Source: Perkinsela sp. CCAP 1560/9 (taxonomy: Eukaryota > Protista > Euglenozoa: Kinetoplastea). Taken from it: a stretch of DNA of 64,000 nt. The DNA lies in the NCBI GenBank assembly GCA_965644495.1, contig CBFFSA010000004.1, positions 1,067,767 through 1,131,766 on the forward strand. The letters are read 5' to 3'. The notes beneath the pieces are model-generated. The model was not told where the DNA came from and made no database searches. It was given only the letters and a program-made list of their open reading frames with translations. The position numbers were made by a program, and so were the translations under genes. Below are positions 54,401 through 62,900 of the stretch, piece after piece (the stretch's first letter is position 1; each line of letters starts with the position of its first letter).

Positions 54401-57400
54401 TAGTGTGTTGTGTCGGGTCCTGGTTATTGCGCAGAAGCACAATCAGAGACCTTTCATCAAGTACTGGCCAAATGGTATCATTTTTAATCGGCCGTGTTGG
54501 AGCCTTGAGCCGGAATTCCGGTTGTCCGGATTCATCCATCTGAACCTCAACCTCTCTAACTTCCGTTTCATTTTCATGAAGTACGGATGGAATGCCATAT
54601 CGGCATTTGTTCTTGCCAATGTTTCCTTTCATTTTGAAACACATGGGTCTGTGACCAACGTGCTGCTGAACATCAACAGCACATTTGGCCACATGTTCCC
54701 TGAAATAATCATCCTTTTCATCAGGAATGATATGTAGACCTCCGCGATACATCTTTGAGTAGTCGAGCGTTGCATGGCCGTAAAGCTCCTTACTGATCCT
54801 TTGCGCCCACTCGGGCAGATCAGCGCGCATCGTCGTACCCAAAGACTTCGCGAGACCATCGTGCTCCTTCACAATGTGAATTAATTCGGAGACGTAATGT
54901 GGACTAAGATTCGTCCATAGCACACTATGAAAGTGTAGCGCACCTCTTTTCTGGCATTCTACAACACCAAAAAATGCTCGAGGGCGACCAAAGAGGCCTT
55001 CAAGAACGTCACGTTCCTTCTTTACCTCATCTACATTCGACATTCCGTACAATTCGGTAAGAAGAGTACGGATTTGCCGTTCGAAAATGCTAGTGGATCT
55101 GACAGGATTCCCTTGCACAAGCTCAGATCGCTTGAGAAGGTTGGCCCGCATTTCCTGCATTTTTTCGCTCTCATCATTTGTGATGATTCTTAGAGCTAGA
55201 ACGTTATCGTTCATGTTTGGACTCACTGTGATCCAGTAACTTGGCAGTCCGTATCGCCTGTATAAGGCGTAGATCTGGCCTTGTGATGCCTTTCGCTTTG
55301 CTGGCGAAAAGGGTATCGTTTTTGCGCATACTTGCACAAATGGCAGAAACTTTGTTTCCAGAAGTTTCGCCTCGGAACTGTTTGGGTTCCTTATAGCCTG
55401 TTGCACAATGTGATAGAAAGCATCAGCATTGCAAAAATTCATGAGGCTTCTGTGCATATCTTTGTTATACTTCAGATTTTGCACTACTGCTGATGAGACT
55501 GCACGGCGCCGAAGCACATCGTAGCAGTAAAATATGAATCCAGCATTCTTTGCAAATCGGGAATCCGATTGCTCTAGAATTTCCTTGATTTCATATAGTT
55601 CAAACGTTGAACCCTTAAAAGGGTACTTTTGCATCAGCGTCGGAAATGCTCCGAGCAAGATGTTTTCCATGTCGGTATACTCATTGAGTAAACCTTCTTT
55701 TTGTTTCAGTTGCATCGCCACGGCATGCGTAATTTGCGCACCCGCCGGCGCATTGCTTACAGGGCTGTGATCAGTTACAAAAGATCGTGTGATCTCACCG
55801 CGAGGATCGCGATGTAACGTATCGGAAGCCACTGCTTGGGTGACCATACTGTTGATGGCGTTTTCACCCTCCTGGGAAACAGATCTATCCCAAAGATGTG
55901 AGACAACGTCTCTACAATGTTGCTCGGTAACAACGTTGATCTTTCCTTCCTCTTTCAGTTGAGCATACACGTGGTTATGCTCACAGAGGAAGTGTACCCA
56001 GGTGTTCAGGGTCTCTGATTTCACGCCGAATATGCCACTCAGCTGTGCAGAACATAGTCTTTGACTACGTTTCGTTCTCCGTTCGTTGGCTATCCAAACA
56101 ATTTGGATGTTCTTAATCGCGCCCTCGAGATCAGGAACTCTTTCGAGTTGCAAGAGCTCAAGGGTTTCGCGTGCTGTAGCCGTCACGTGTCCAGTGAACT
56201 TCGTGTCTGGCCTTAAGGATGCGGCATATGCGCCACCTTTCCTATGTACACTGATGATTGTGCAGTGTAAAAACACCTTTTGAAGAAGGATCTCTTCTAC
56301 CAGCGTGGGTACTGGAAGGTGATTTGTAGAAGGTTGTTCTACTGGACCGCGGGGAATTCTCCCTTTTTTGTCCATTATTCTTTGATCCCTTGCACAAAGT
56401 TGCGCTTCGGGATTCGGAAGGTCACTTTCGAGAAGAATAACTTTACAAGAATCACAACTTGTGATACGTTGGTCGTCGTTCATTCTCTTTTTGTACCTTT
56501 TCATGCACTCTTCTTGAGCTTCCGTACTGACTGAAAAATCTTCCAAAGGAAGACGATCAATGTAGGAAGTCTCATAGAAGTATTTTAGTGCGTCTTTTGG
56601 ATTGCGCTCAATGTCAAAACGTGTTCGACGTGAGCCATCTCCATTGACTTCGTATGTGTCAAAATTGACAATACATTTCGCGATGCAACATCGTTCAAGC
56701 CAGTACCGAAGTTCATTGGCTGAAGATTCTTTGCATATTTCGTTTGTGTGAAAGATGGTATTTTCACACATCTGCATGATAGCATATGCTGCACTGTCAA
56801 TAGTGCTAGCATTCGTCACATTCGTGACAGTTGCTTGATTCAAAATTGAAACAATTTCATTTTCAAGAGAGGGACTCGTAATAAACGTATAAACGTTCTT
56901 TTCACCCTTCTTTTTCAAGGAAACAAGGACCCATATGGGCCCCGATGATTCATCTGTTTCCAAGTATGTAAATATGTGTAAACCCACACGGTTCCTTGAA
57001 GTGAACTTGTCACATTCATTGAATGGACATACTTTCACAGGAAATCGTCGTGTGTTAATGGTTTTACATAATACATTTTCCACAAAGTAGAGAATCTCTA
57101 CTGATTTTAGTGGATGATCTAGCCTTGTGAATGCTTCTTTGGTACGCTTTTCTTGTGGATACAAAGTGAGGGGTATAACCCCCACTTCGCCTTTTTCCAG
57201 TGAAGCTTCGAGCCACTTCCAGAGTGATAAAAGTTTATCACGTTCTGTCAGTTTCGGCCAATCACGGTCTTGCGTGATAGTGTAGGCTATGGCTCCCAGG
57301 GAGAGCTCACCTTCATCGTTTCCTACTAAAGGAACTGGCGTAGTAGCCATGTTTCCAATATTGTAGACGGTTCGAATTGCCGCTATCTGTGTTTCCATAG

Positions 57401-58223
57401 AAGCTGCGCAATTATATGTGAACACTCGTCGTTTAGTCAGACATACCATGGCGAGAGAATCGCCATTGCCTTTAACGTAAACGACGTTATGTCCATCACG
57501 ATGTCTCTGAATAGAGCATCTTTTATCTCCATCGCTTTGGAGGGTTTCATCACAAACAATGTGTGAATTGATGAGAATATTCTCAATCAGTTGAAAAGAT
57601 GTGAGTGTTAGCGTGGAGCATTGCTTCACACGTTCCAGCTCATCATCCTGCGATACTGCATGAGCTCTGTTGCGCTCAGCTTGTGTGATCCGAAGTCGAA
57701 AAGCCCGAGCTTCAGCATGCCGCGGATGGCGGTAAAAATGCTTTTGAAGCCCCTTAAACGTGAACATTTGTTCGGTAGCGCACAAAGTGCATTTGAACTT
57801 GTTCTGTTCGCAGGGGAGGGCAAATTCGATCCAGTCGACTTTTGTTTGAACATAACGTGTATGCTCACTTGACACCAAATGGTATTCATCTGCCGGGATA
57901 ATACCCGTTGTTCCTTGAATCTGTGCGAAATACGTACATACTTCGCACAGAGGAACATTCATATCAGTTAGGAGCACCTGTGAAGGGTGTCCCATACTGA
58001 GTATGTGTCGCATCATAGATTTGACACTTAGTTTGCGTATGGCGTGCAGTGCGCATACATACGATCCATTAGAGAAACTTACGTGAAGCTCCCATTTCGG
58101 ATGTAGATACGCCATTTCCCGATGTTTCAGAGAATTCGCGTGATTAGTATTCACCATGACTGGCGGGAATCTTGCAAGATAGCAAAGTAATTGAAAGGAA
58201 TACATAAATGCATTCCTTCGCAA
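51483..58223 (-). CDS. RepHel transposase: HUH endonuclease (Rep) plus PIF1-family SF1B helicase
   Basis: Rep motifs LPSYWITVSPN (~55230), VVECQKRGALHFHSVLW (~54935), YLIKYMSK (~54280). Helicase motifs GGPGTGKS (~52750), MAPTGIAA, TIHASL, IIVDEVSM, FVGDFYQLRPV, QQMR, AYTYHKVQGITV, VAISRA. Confidence 0.95.
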   Translation of the reverse strand: MRRNAFMYSFQLLCYLARFPPVMVNTNHANSLKHREMAYLHPKWELHVSFSNGSYVCALHAIRKLSVKSMMRHILSMGHPSQVLLTDMNVPLCEVCTYFAQIQGTTGIIPADEYHLVSSEHTRYVQTKVDWIEFALPCEQNKFKCTLCATEQMFTFKGLQKHFYRHPRHAEARAFRLRITQAERNRAHAVSQDDELERVKQCSTLTLTSFQLIENILINSHIVCDETLQSDGDKRCSIQRHRDGHNVVYVKGNGDSLAMVCLTKRRVFTYNCAASMETQIAAIRTVYNIGNMATTPVPLVGNDEGELSLGAIAYTITQDRDWPKLTERDKLLSLWKWLEASLEKGEVGVIPLTLYPQEKRTKEAFTRLDHPLKSVEILYFVENVLCKTINTRRFPVKVCPFNECDKFTSRNRVGLHIFTYLETDESSGPIWVLVSLKKKGEKNVYTFITSPSLENEIVSILNQATVTNVTNASTIDSAAYAIMQMCENTIFHTNEICKESSANELRYWLERCCIAKCIVNFDTYEVNGDGSRRTRFDIERNPKDALKYFYETSYIDRLPLEDFSVSTEAQEECMKRYKKRMNDDQRITSCDSCKVILLESDLPNPEAQLCARDQRIMDKKGRIPRGPVEQPSTNHLPVPTLVEEILLQKVFLHCTIISVHRKGGAYAASLRPDTKFTGHVTATARETLELLQLERVPDLEGAIKNIQIVWIANERRTKRSQRLCSAQLSGIFGVKSETLNTWVHFLCEHNHVYAQLKEEGKINVVTEQHCRDVVSHLWDRSVSQEGENAINSMVTQAVASDTLHRDPRGEITRSFVTDHSPVSNAPAGAQITHAVAMQLKQKEGLLNEYTDMENILLGAFPTLMQKYPFKGSTFELYEIKEILEQSDSRFAKNAGFIFYCYDVLRRRAVSSAVVQNLKYNKDMHRSLMNFCNADAFYHIVQQAIRNPNSSEAKLLETKFLPFVQVCAKTIPFSPAKRKASQGQIYALYRRYGLPSYWITVSPNMNDNVLALRIITNDESEKMQEMRANLLKRSELVQGNPVRSTSIFERQIRTLLTELYGMSNVDEVKKERDVLEGLFGRPRAFFGVVECQKRGALHFHSVLWTNLSPHYVSELIHIVKEHDGLAKSLGTTMRADLPEWAQRISKELYGHATLDYSKMYRGGLHIIPDEKDDYFREHVAKCAVDVQQHVGHRPMCFKMKGNIGKNKCRYGIPSVLHENETEVREVEVQMDESGQPEFRLKAPTRPIKNDTIWPVLDERSLIVLLRNNQDPTQHTKRGSITVPYNETLTACVRCNTCVVFIGSEGPGIKIMQYLIKYMSKDIGPPVYIVPALRAANDHLQMGLNSENRVQTDIPMARLVLQKLSNMTHRKIEVSIEMATAFCLGQSSEYMSHNFTWINMNRVMKFLANIPSESDHRDPEISDDDSSQDSNMEFDNGILEAPLMITEHDCAVLAPLHVRYMHRGEDLQDLDLYSYAGIVSVKKKRAELAQEEPDHDSDFESGTNRRRRRGRRANGRYAFEDIDGHPEFEPGDIVEQQLRSLHTVPAIPGFPILSSSKEPGARARSHLRVAKHMVALFSPWTKGSPSHEMTLEGFEKLLNEAKINTPGKYDIMCNFLRLLHASKNTENAADLYRRKDACTLEEARLARNIAYENELEVREVEPHLQDALEAQQNTAVVNEERLVQQNAYCELQTRALTAALGGSTENSSEENVDLASTMTRTRSNISVINARERYAEMIQNERFATSAQSEPSAPVDRAHFNEDRPLVRSNQYEEITFDRSYILREDNNSIELNQAQKQCVNQIEDLLNGKLDPERKCMFLLGGPGTGKSLVSRFIMQELGSQCIAMAPTGIAASVLHCCTIHASLCIPIGATARNLKHLSSSSLLPYQQRYEKCRLIIVDEVSMISKCFLACINTRLQQIKGNEQLPYGGINMLFVGDFYQLRPVQGASLTIEDSSLGNNPIFENIFQVSYVFELKQQMRARQDTVFSDILRLLRKAPNEGLKKFIQLVKPLTSEDQEKFRNAIVIVGTNIERHKINVAMARNFSRRHNCPLFAWTGDNVQGKLIDTHPEAFSVFVKGAPGVITENIAPYTMKIANGTVIEMRDLVSDDLSYDTIDGVRYLRKAPSFMQCIEKGSGVEFYAKKAQHHDKASQGNFQVELGFAYTYHKVQGITVKKGVILDLNDKAWSKRPELAKLTVAISRAQCLDDIRVLPGMGTDRPGTHLTSGYHRPKFPAMEKANRLTDLTYQF

Positions 58224-59845
58224 TGTTGTGCTACATGCTTCGTTATAGCCTCTTTTTCAAGAGGTGTTTCAGAACACCCAGGCAGTTTGCACTGGTATAT
58301 GTTTTCTGTTTCAAGGACGTTTTCTGTCCAAAATGCGTACCACTGCTTGTGCTCAGAGCACTTCGCAGGATTGTGCTTCTTGGGCACACGCCCCGCATCA
58401 AAGAATGAACAAGCTTCACAGCTTTGTTCACTTGTTTTCATATGCTTTTTTTCGACGTGCTTTCTTGCAGCGCCGAGGCTCATCACTTCACCGGAACAAG
58501 CGTCCGCAACACACTTGTAACCGGATTCTGTCCCTGCGCTTGCGTGAGCTATGGGAAGCTCGTGCCATAGTTCGAACAGTTGCTGTTCGTGTTCGTGGCT
58601 GATACTCGAAATATGCTCTCGAGTTTTCAAGATAGGACGCTGTCCATGCATACTCGAAAAAAAGGAGCATGCTTCACAAATGTCGTGATCTCCGCGCCCA
58701 TGTTCGAAAACATGTTTGCGCATGTAGTAGTACATAAATGTGTACGACGAAGGGTTTGCTTTACCCCGTGATTCTGCACATTTTGTGCACCGAAAGCCTG
58801 CAGACATGGTACCTTGCACCTCAAAGTCCATCCACATGTCGTACATCTCCTTCTCGGTTTTGTGATTCGCACTCGAGAGATGCTCTCGAGTACGTCTTAT
58901 GGGGGGTTTCCCTTGCAACTCCTCGAAGAAGGAGCACTCTTTGCAATGGGAATGATCCCCGCGCCCATGTTCGAAAACATGTTTGCGCATGTCATCATAC
59001 TTGAAAGTACGATGTTCAGGGTTTTGATCGCCCTGTGCTGTGGCACATTTCGTGCACCGAAAGCCTGCAGACACGGTACCTTGCACCTCAAGGTCCATCC
59101 ACATGTCGTACATCTCCTTCTCGGTTTTGTGATTCGCACTCGAGAGATGCTCTCGAGTACGTCTTATGGGGGGTTTCCCTTGCAACTCCTCGAAGAAGGA
59201 GCACTCTTTGCAATGGGAATGATCCCCGCGCCCATGTTCGAAAACATGTTTGCGCATGTCATCATACTTGAAAGTACGATGTTCAGGGTTTTGATCGCCC
59301 TGTGCTGTGGCACATTTCGTGCATGTAAAGCCATTGACAATGCTTCCTTCAATTTGAAGGACTTTCCACGCGTTAAAAATCTCTTTTTCACGCTTGTGTT
59401 TCACACGCTCGTCGTGCTTTTGTACGCTCAAAACGGGGGGTTTTCCCATGAGCTCTTGGAAGAACGAACAAGGTTCACAAATGATATGCAACCCTTTTAA
59501 ATGTTCATTTACGTGCCGCTTCATCAGGGGAGCTGTCAATTCCACCCGAATGTTCGCGTTAGCACATTCTCGGCAGGTGTAAAATTCACCTTCTTCAGCA
59601 ACATGCTGTTGCCATAGCTCGTATATTTGAGCTGAGCTTTTATGTGCTTTGCTAGCACTGTGATTAAGGGTCATGCGCACCCTTTTCTTTCCTTTCTTTC
59701 TTTGAAAGAAAGTGCAGCATTCGCAGTCGCGATATGCTTCGCCCAGAGCTTTGTTAGAGCTCAGTTGGCTTCCCCCACCCCCGGCCCCAGCAAGCGACAC
59801 CTCCAACGACGCCGACGACACGGACCACGACGAATCAGAAGACAT
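58151..59845 (-). CDS. Cys/His zinc-finger repeat ORF; probable N-terminal part of the RepHel protein
   Basis: Five or more modules CxxCSFF...GxPP...H...H / CxxC...MRKHVxEH. The last module is completed only by the first residues of the RepHel frame. Confidence 0.85.
   Translation of the reverse strand: MSSDSSWSVSSASLEVSLAGAGGGGSQLSSNKALGEAYRDCECCTFFQRKKGKKRVRMTLNHSASKAHKSSAQIYELWQQHVAEEGEFYTCRECANANIRVELTAPLMKRHVNEHLKGLHIICEPCSFFQELMGKPPVLSVQKHDERVKHKREKEIFNAWKVLQIEGSIVNGFTCTKCATAQGDQNPEHRTFKYDDMRKHVFEHGRGDHSHCKECSFFEELQGKPPIRRTREHLSSANHKTEKEMYDMWMDLEVQGTVSAGFRCTKCATAQGDQNPEHRTFKYDDMRKHVFEHGRGDHSHCKECSFFEELQGKPPIRRTREHLSSANHKTEKEMYDMWMDFEVQGTMSAGFRCTKCAESRGKANPSSYTFMYYYMRKHVFEHGRGDHDICEACSFFSSMHGQRPILKTREHISSISHEHEQQLFELWHELPIAHASAGTESGYKCVADACSGEVMSLGAARKHVEKKHMKTSEQSCEACSFFDAGRVPKKHNPAKCSEHKQWYAFWTENVLETENIYQCKLPGCSETPLEKEAITKHVAQHCEGMHLCIPFNYFAILQDSRQSW
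58790..59323 (-). repeat. Near-perfect 267-bp (89-aa) in-frame tandem duplication
   Basis: CTKCATAQGDQNPEH...QGT[VM]SAGFR occurs twice with very few substitutions. Confidence 0.95.
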
Positions 59846-59972
59846 GAGAAGAATAATAGTATGAATAAAAAAGCGCTAAACAGTGAAAAAAATGTATGAA
59901 CAAAAAAATTCGAAGCACAAAAATAAGAACATGTGATTTTCATCTCATTTTAGAGGATCATTTTTTAGAGGA

Positions 59973-62900
59973 TCTTAGAAGTCACTCATGCTGCGCGCTT
60001 CGCGTTCAAAACTACCACCGCGTTTAACGAAGAGCCTAAAAAAGAAACTTCGGCCTGGACAGCTAAAGTAAAACAAAGATTATAGCCAAAAATAGCCGAT
60101 TTTAGGGTAAAATTTTTAGGGTAAAATTTTTGGGTATTTTTGCTCTCAGAGCGCTAAATCTGACATTTGCGTGTGAGAAATCACTCGTAGGTGTGAATGG
60201 AAGCCTACTGAACGTATTGGGTATAGAATACGACTCCAACCACACCATTCTTTCGACATAAAAAGACCCCTTTGGGTTCGAAAATTACTTTTCCGCAATT
60301 TTTGGTCAAAAATGGGCCATTTTGGGAGGCGTGCCACGGCTAGAAGATGGGGTAACTTGCGAAAACAACGGTGTAGATGGCTAGTATAGGTCCTAAACTC
60401 TCAAAATACAATAGCGAAAAAAAATTTGAAAAAATATTTTTTTTACCATTTTTTCCGCCAAGTTGAATTTTTTCTCAATTTTTTTTTTTGAAAAAATCTA
60501 AACTTGGCGGACCCGTCCTGCGGATACGCGGGGGGGTCACCCCCGGGTAGTGGGGTGGAAAATGCGCGCCAAGACCCCGGTACCCCTTCTGCGGTTTTGT
60601 TTCGAAAATTTGCTCGACCATGACCCCCCCCCCCCTGGACCCCCCATTTTTTTCAATTTTGGACCACCGGAGCCCCCTTTTATATTTTTTTCCTTTATTA
60701 TATTACTGTGTTCCTCTTATATTTTCACTGTTTTTGTTCACATTTTTTCAACGTTGAAAACTACCGCCGCGTTTAACGAAGAGCCTGAAAAAGAAAATTT
60801 GGCCTGTAAAGCTGAAGAAAACGGAAAGATTATAGCCAAAAATAGCCGAATTTCGGGCAAAAATGGGGTGATTTTCGCGTATTTTCTCAGAGCACTAAAT
60901 CCGACATTTGCGCGTGGGAAATCACTCGCAGGCATGAATGAAAGCCTACCGAACGTATTGGGTAGAGAATGCGACTCCAACCATACCATTCTTTCGACAC
61001 AAAAATGCCCCTTTAGGTCCGAAAAATACTTTTTCACCTTTTCTAGTCAAAAATGGGTCATTTTGGGGGGCGCACCACGGTTCGAAGAAGTGATACCTTG
61101 CGAAAACAACTGCGTAGAAAGCTAGTGTAGGTCCCAAACTATCAAAATACAATAGGGGAAACGATTTTGGAAAAATATTTTTTTTGTCATTTTTTTCGCC
61201 AAGTTGAAATTTTTTTCAAAAAATTTTTTCCGAAAAAATCCGAACTTGGCGGACCCGTCATGCGGATACGCGGGGGGGTCACCCCCGGGTAGGGGGGTGG
61301 AAAATGCGCGCCAAGACCCCGGCTACCCTTTCTGCGGTTTTTTTTTCGAAAACTAATTTTTTCGAAAAAATTTGCTCGACCATGCCCCCCCCCCCTGGAC
61401 CCCCCCCCTGGACCCCCCCCCTGGACCCCCCCCCTGGACCCCCCCCCTGGACCCCCCCCATGGACCCCCCATTTTTTTCAAATTTTTTTTCAGTTTTGGA
61501 CCACCGGAGCCCCCTTTTATATTTTTTTCTTCTATTATATTACTGTGTTCCCCTTTATATTTTCACTGTTTTTGTTCACTTTTTTTTCAATAATCGAGTG
61601 TAGAGCGGTAGTTTTACAACCACCGCAATAATATTTTCTTTTTTAGGCTCTTCGTTAAACGCGGTGGTTGCTTTCAACTTAGAAGTCACTCATGCTGCGC
61701 GCTTCGCGTTGAAAACTACCGCCGCGTTTAACGAAGAGCCTAAAAAAGAAAATTTAGCCTGGAAAACGGAAAGATTATAGCCAAAAATAGCCGAATTTCG
61801 GGTACAAATGGGGTCATTTTCGCATATTTTTGCTCTCAGAGCACTAAATCCGACATTTGCGCGTGGGAAATCACTCGCAGGCATGAATGAAAGCCTACCG
61901 AACGTATTGGGTAGAGAATACGACTCCAACCATACCATTCTTTCGACACAAAAATGCCCCTTTAGGTCCGAAAAATACTTTTTCACCTTTTTTAGTCAAA
62001 AATGGGTCATTTTGGGGGGCGCACCACAGTTCGAAGAAGTGATACCTTGCGAAAACAACTGCGTAGAAAGCTAGTGTAGGTCCCAAACTATCAAAATACA
62101 ATAGGGGAAACGATTTTGGAAAAATATCTTTTTTGCCATTTTTTTCGCCAAGTTGAAATTTTTTTCAAAATTTTTTTTCCGAAAAAATCCGAACTTGGCG
62201 GACCCGTCATGCGGATACGCGGGGGGGTCACCCCCGGGTAGGGGGGTGGAAATTGCGCGCCAAGACCCCGGCTACCCTTTCTGCGGTTTTTTTTCGAAAA
62301 CTAATTTTTTCGAAAAAATTTGCTCGACCATGACCCCCCCCCCTGGACCCCCCCCCTGGACCCCCCCCCTGGACCCCCCCCATGGACCCCCCATTTTTTT
62401 CAATTTTTTTTTTCAGTTTTGGACCACCGGAGCCCCCTTTTATATTTTTTTCTTCTATTATATTACTGTGTTCCTCTTTATATTTTCACTGTTTTTGTTC
62501 ACTTTTTTTTCAATAATCGAGTGTAGAGCGGTAGTTTTACAACCACCGCAATCTTTTTTAGGGCTCTTCGTTAAACGCGGTGGTTGCTTTCAACTTAGAA
62601 GTCACTCATGCTGCGCGCTTCGCGTTGAAAACTTCCACCGCGTTTAACGAAGAGCCTAAAAAAGAAAATTTAGCCTGGAAAACGGAAAGAATATAGCCGA
62701 AAATAGCCGAATTTCGGGTACAAATGGGGTCATTTTCGAATATTTTTGCTCTCAGAGCACTAAATCCGACATCTGCGCGTGGGAAATCACTCGCAAGGCA
62801 TGAATGAAAGCCTACCGAACGTATTGGGTAGAGAAATACGACTCCAACCATACCATTCTTTCGACACAAAAATGCCCTTTAGGTCCCGAAAATACTTTTT

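Noticed and set aside
51483-58223. Interpretation as a host PIF1 helicase or as a viral (CRESS/Polinton) gene
   Set aside because: Host PIF1s lack a HUH-Y2 Rep domain; CRESS Reps use SF3 helicases; no capsid, polB or integrase is present.
61380-61470. C-rich repeats as telomeric sequence
   Set aside because: The unit is GGACCCCCCCCT, not CCCTAA, and it is internal to the mobile unit.
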